Below, in pieces: positions 61,621-64,000 of a DNA stretch of 64,000 nt. Where the stretch lies: positions 126,327,122 through 126,391,121 of the forward strand of contig NC_058130.1 of assembly GCF_016433145.1 (NCBI RefSeq), read 5' to 3'. The notes under the pieces are model-generated. The model was not told where the DNA came from. It did no database searches and saw only the letters and a list, made by a program, of their open reading frames with translations. A program made the translations under genes and the position numbers. The first letter of the stretch is position 1. Each line of letters begins with the position of its first letter. Origin of the DNA: Gracilinanus agilis (lineage: Eukaryota).

Positions 61621-62859
61621 CATCTTTATTTTATTCTAAAAATTAAGACAATATGGTACAAAAAAATGAGCATCCATTATGTCAGAGATACATTACAAAG
61701 AATATTGAAAACTGATTATTAAGCAACATTGTGGCAAGAAAGAAAAGTCCTGATTCCCTAGAAACTAGTGAACTGTTGATGAATATAAACTTGAACAAAC
61801 TGGCTCAGAAAATTTCACAAATTATTGGGGATTTTTGTTCATACCAGTTAACCACCAGAATGTAAACTCATTTAAAACTTCAAGCATGAAATCAATATTC
61901 TAATCTTGCCATTAATATAATTTATAGCAGGTGGTAGTTGTGGGGGCTGAGTGGGGAGAGTATAGATTTGAAGTATACAATATTCTCTATGTAGATGTCA
62001 TTTGATTCTTATAACATTCTGTGAGGTTGATGTTATTACCAAAGGCCTGCTGAGGTGGCTCATTCTGCCTTTGGACAGCTCTAGTTTTCAGGAAAGTTGG
62101 CTTTAAACTGAGTTGAAATTTGTCTTCCTATAATTTTTTGCTCATCGCTATCATCTCTTTCTTCTGAGGCCATTCAGAAAATCCTTTCTCCCTTGTATAC
62201 ATGGCAGCTTTTCAAATACTTGATTATTGTTATAATATCCTATTTTCTTTTCTAGACCAAGTATCTCCACTTCCTTCAATATAGCATGGTCACCCTGACT
62301 CAGGGGTGTGCTGGTGCCAGCTTGGATCAGCTCCCAAAGGCAGATCGTTAAATTTTCAGTGTAAGCCTTTACATCTTGGAAATTGGCAAATGCTACAAAT
62401 CAAGGCTTCACTTATTGTTTTAGTAATTGTCTGGATTTAGGAAAGTGATGGAGAAAATATTAATAATATATATTAAACATGATATTGTGTTGGGGATACT
62501 CTTTTTTCCTAGATTGCTTGTTGTTAAACATTTATTAGCACTCTGTTGCCCAGTATTCTTGGCATTCTGATCATAGAATCTCAGAGTTGGAATCGATCAG
62601 TATTTATTAAGCCCCTACTATGTTCTAGGCACTATGCTAGATGTTGGAGTGTGAAGATAAAACAGTTGTGGCTTTCATGGAACTTATATTCTATCAGGGG
62701 AGACATTGTACCTATTTAAGATTATATAGATTAAAGGCAAACAAGATTTTGAACCTTATCCTAGAATAGGAAAATGTTGGAGTTTGGTGAATACAGCGTC
62801 CCATGGCCATATCTGTGCTGAAGGAAAATCTTTCTGGAAGGTATGTGAAGGATGGACTG

Positions 62860-63290
62860 GAGTGGGTAAAGGCTTGAGATGGGGAGACTAATGAGGAGAG
62901 GTCATTGCAATCATCCAGGGGAGAGATGATGAGAGCTTGAGCTAAAGTGATGACTGTATAAGTAGAAAGAAGGGATTAAATGCAAGAATGATCTGGAAAT
63001 AGAAACAAGATTTGACAGTTGATTGGATAAATAGGGTGAGAGTGACTGAGGAATTTGGGATAAATACCCAGGTTACAAATCTGAGAGGCTGGGAGAATGG
63101 TGGTGTCCTCAACAGAAATAGGGAAATTCCAAAGAGGGAAGTATTTAGAGGGAAAGATAAGGAGTTCTGTTTTTGACATGTTGAGTTTGAGATATCTTTG
63201 GGACATCCAGTTTGAAGGGCCCAGTTGGCAGCTGATGATGTGGGATTGGTGCTCAGGAGAGAGACCCACAGATAAAGATCTGTGTGTTGT
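62860..63290 (-). mobile_element. L2 LINE fragment
   Basis: The ORF track gives WMSQRYLKLNMSKTELLIFP..NLG, the L2 RT thumb motif. Confidence 0.85.
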
Positions 63291-64000
63291 CTCCATATTG
63301 GTTTTGGCTCTGCCTCAGAGCCATCTACTTCAACCTATACCTGAGTGAGAAATAGAGTAATAATGTCCTGCACAAAGGCTCATCCAGACTCAGTGATCTT
63401 CAGTGATAGGGAACTCACCATTACCGAATCTACCTACTGGATTGTCATTCAATTGTTTTTCAGTCCTTTCTGACTCTTCATGATCCCATTTGGGATTTTC
63501 TTGGCAAAAAGCCTGGACAGGTTTTCCATTTCATTCTCCAACTCATTTTATAAATGAAGAAAGTGAGACAAACAGAGTTAAGTGACTTGCCCAAGGTAGC
63601 ACAGCTAATAAGTGTTTAAGGCCAGATTTTTACGAGTCTTTCTGATTCCACACCCAGCACTCTATCCACTGTACCACTTAGCTGCATTTACATCATCTAT
63701 AAAATGACATATTAAATAGCCTTTAAGCAGGAATGTACTGGGAAATATTAAAGAATCAGCTCTCTGGAAAAGTACTCATCACACACTTTTTAAAAAACCT
63801 TTACCTTCCATCTTCTAATTGATACTAAATATTGGTTCCAAAGCAGGAGATTGGTAAGAGCTAGGCATTTGGGGTTAAGCAATTTACCCAGGGGGACACA
63901 GCTAGGATATCTCTGAGACAAAACAACTTTTTAAGTTTAATTTATATTATTAATATTTTTCATCACTTTCCTAAATTTAGACAATCAACAAAACAATTAA

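Noticed and set aside
62301-62545. Old hAT-like element with CAG(G/A)GTG ends
   Set aside because: The TIRs are degenerate and there is no TSD; it is probably a routine ancient MER that I could not name reliably.
1-64000. The many 60-130 aa ORFs in the supplied track
   Set aside because: Apart from the SLC1A1 frame and the L1, L2 and R4 remnants, they lie in SINEs or low-complexity DNA, often start at TTG/GTG and show no recognisable domains. This is expected noise in a mammalian window.

Overview
Marsupial genomic DNA, almost certainly a didelphid such as Monodelphis domestica, judged from near-consensus SINE1_Mdo-type and MAR1-type SINEs and Mdo-type L1s. It is AT-rich, CpG-poor and repeat-dense. 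The only protein-coding feature I can support is coding exon 1 of SLC1A1 (EAAC1/EAAT3 glutamate transporter) on the minus strand (40871-40781), inside a CpG-island promoter. Bases 1-40780 are intron 1 (exon 2 was not found in the window) and 41.4-64 kb is upstream DNA. No CRISPR array, RNA gene or second gene is supported, and I see no new multi-gene system. The most unusual region is 46.5-52.5 kb. It holds a scrambled cluster of ancient Dong-R4-clade (RLE endonuclease) LINE fossils, an old ~220-bp inverted duplication, an L1 that keeps both termini and a TSD but is internally deleted and inverted, and a perfect 40-bp hairpin copied from that L1's chimeric junction. Other notable items are a tailless L1-ORF1 micro-insertion, a probable short L1 3' transduction, a minisatellite of Grainyhead-like motifs and an 18-bp CRE/E-box palindrome in intron 1. 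Repeat family names come from recall of consensus sequences, not from a search. Old-repeat boundaries are approximate, and many additional MIR/L2 fragments are not listed.
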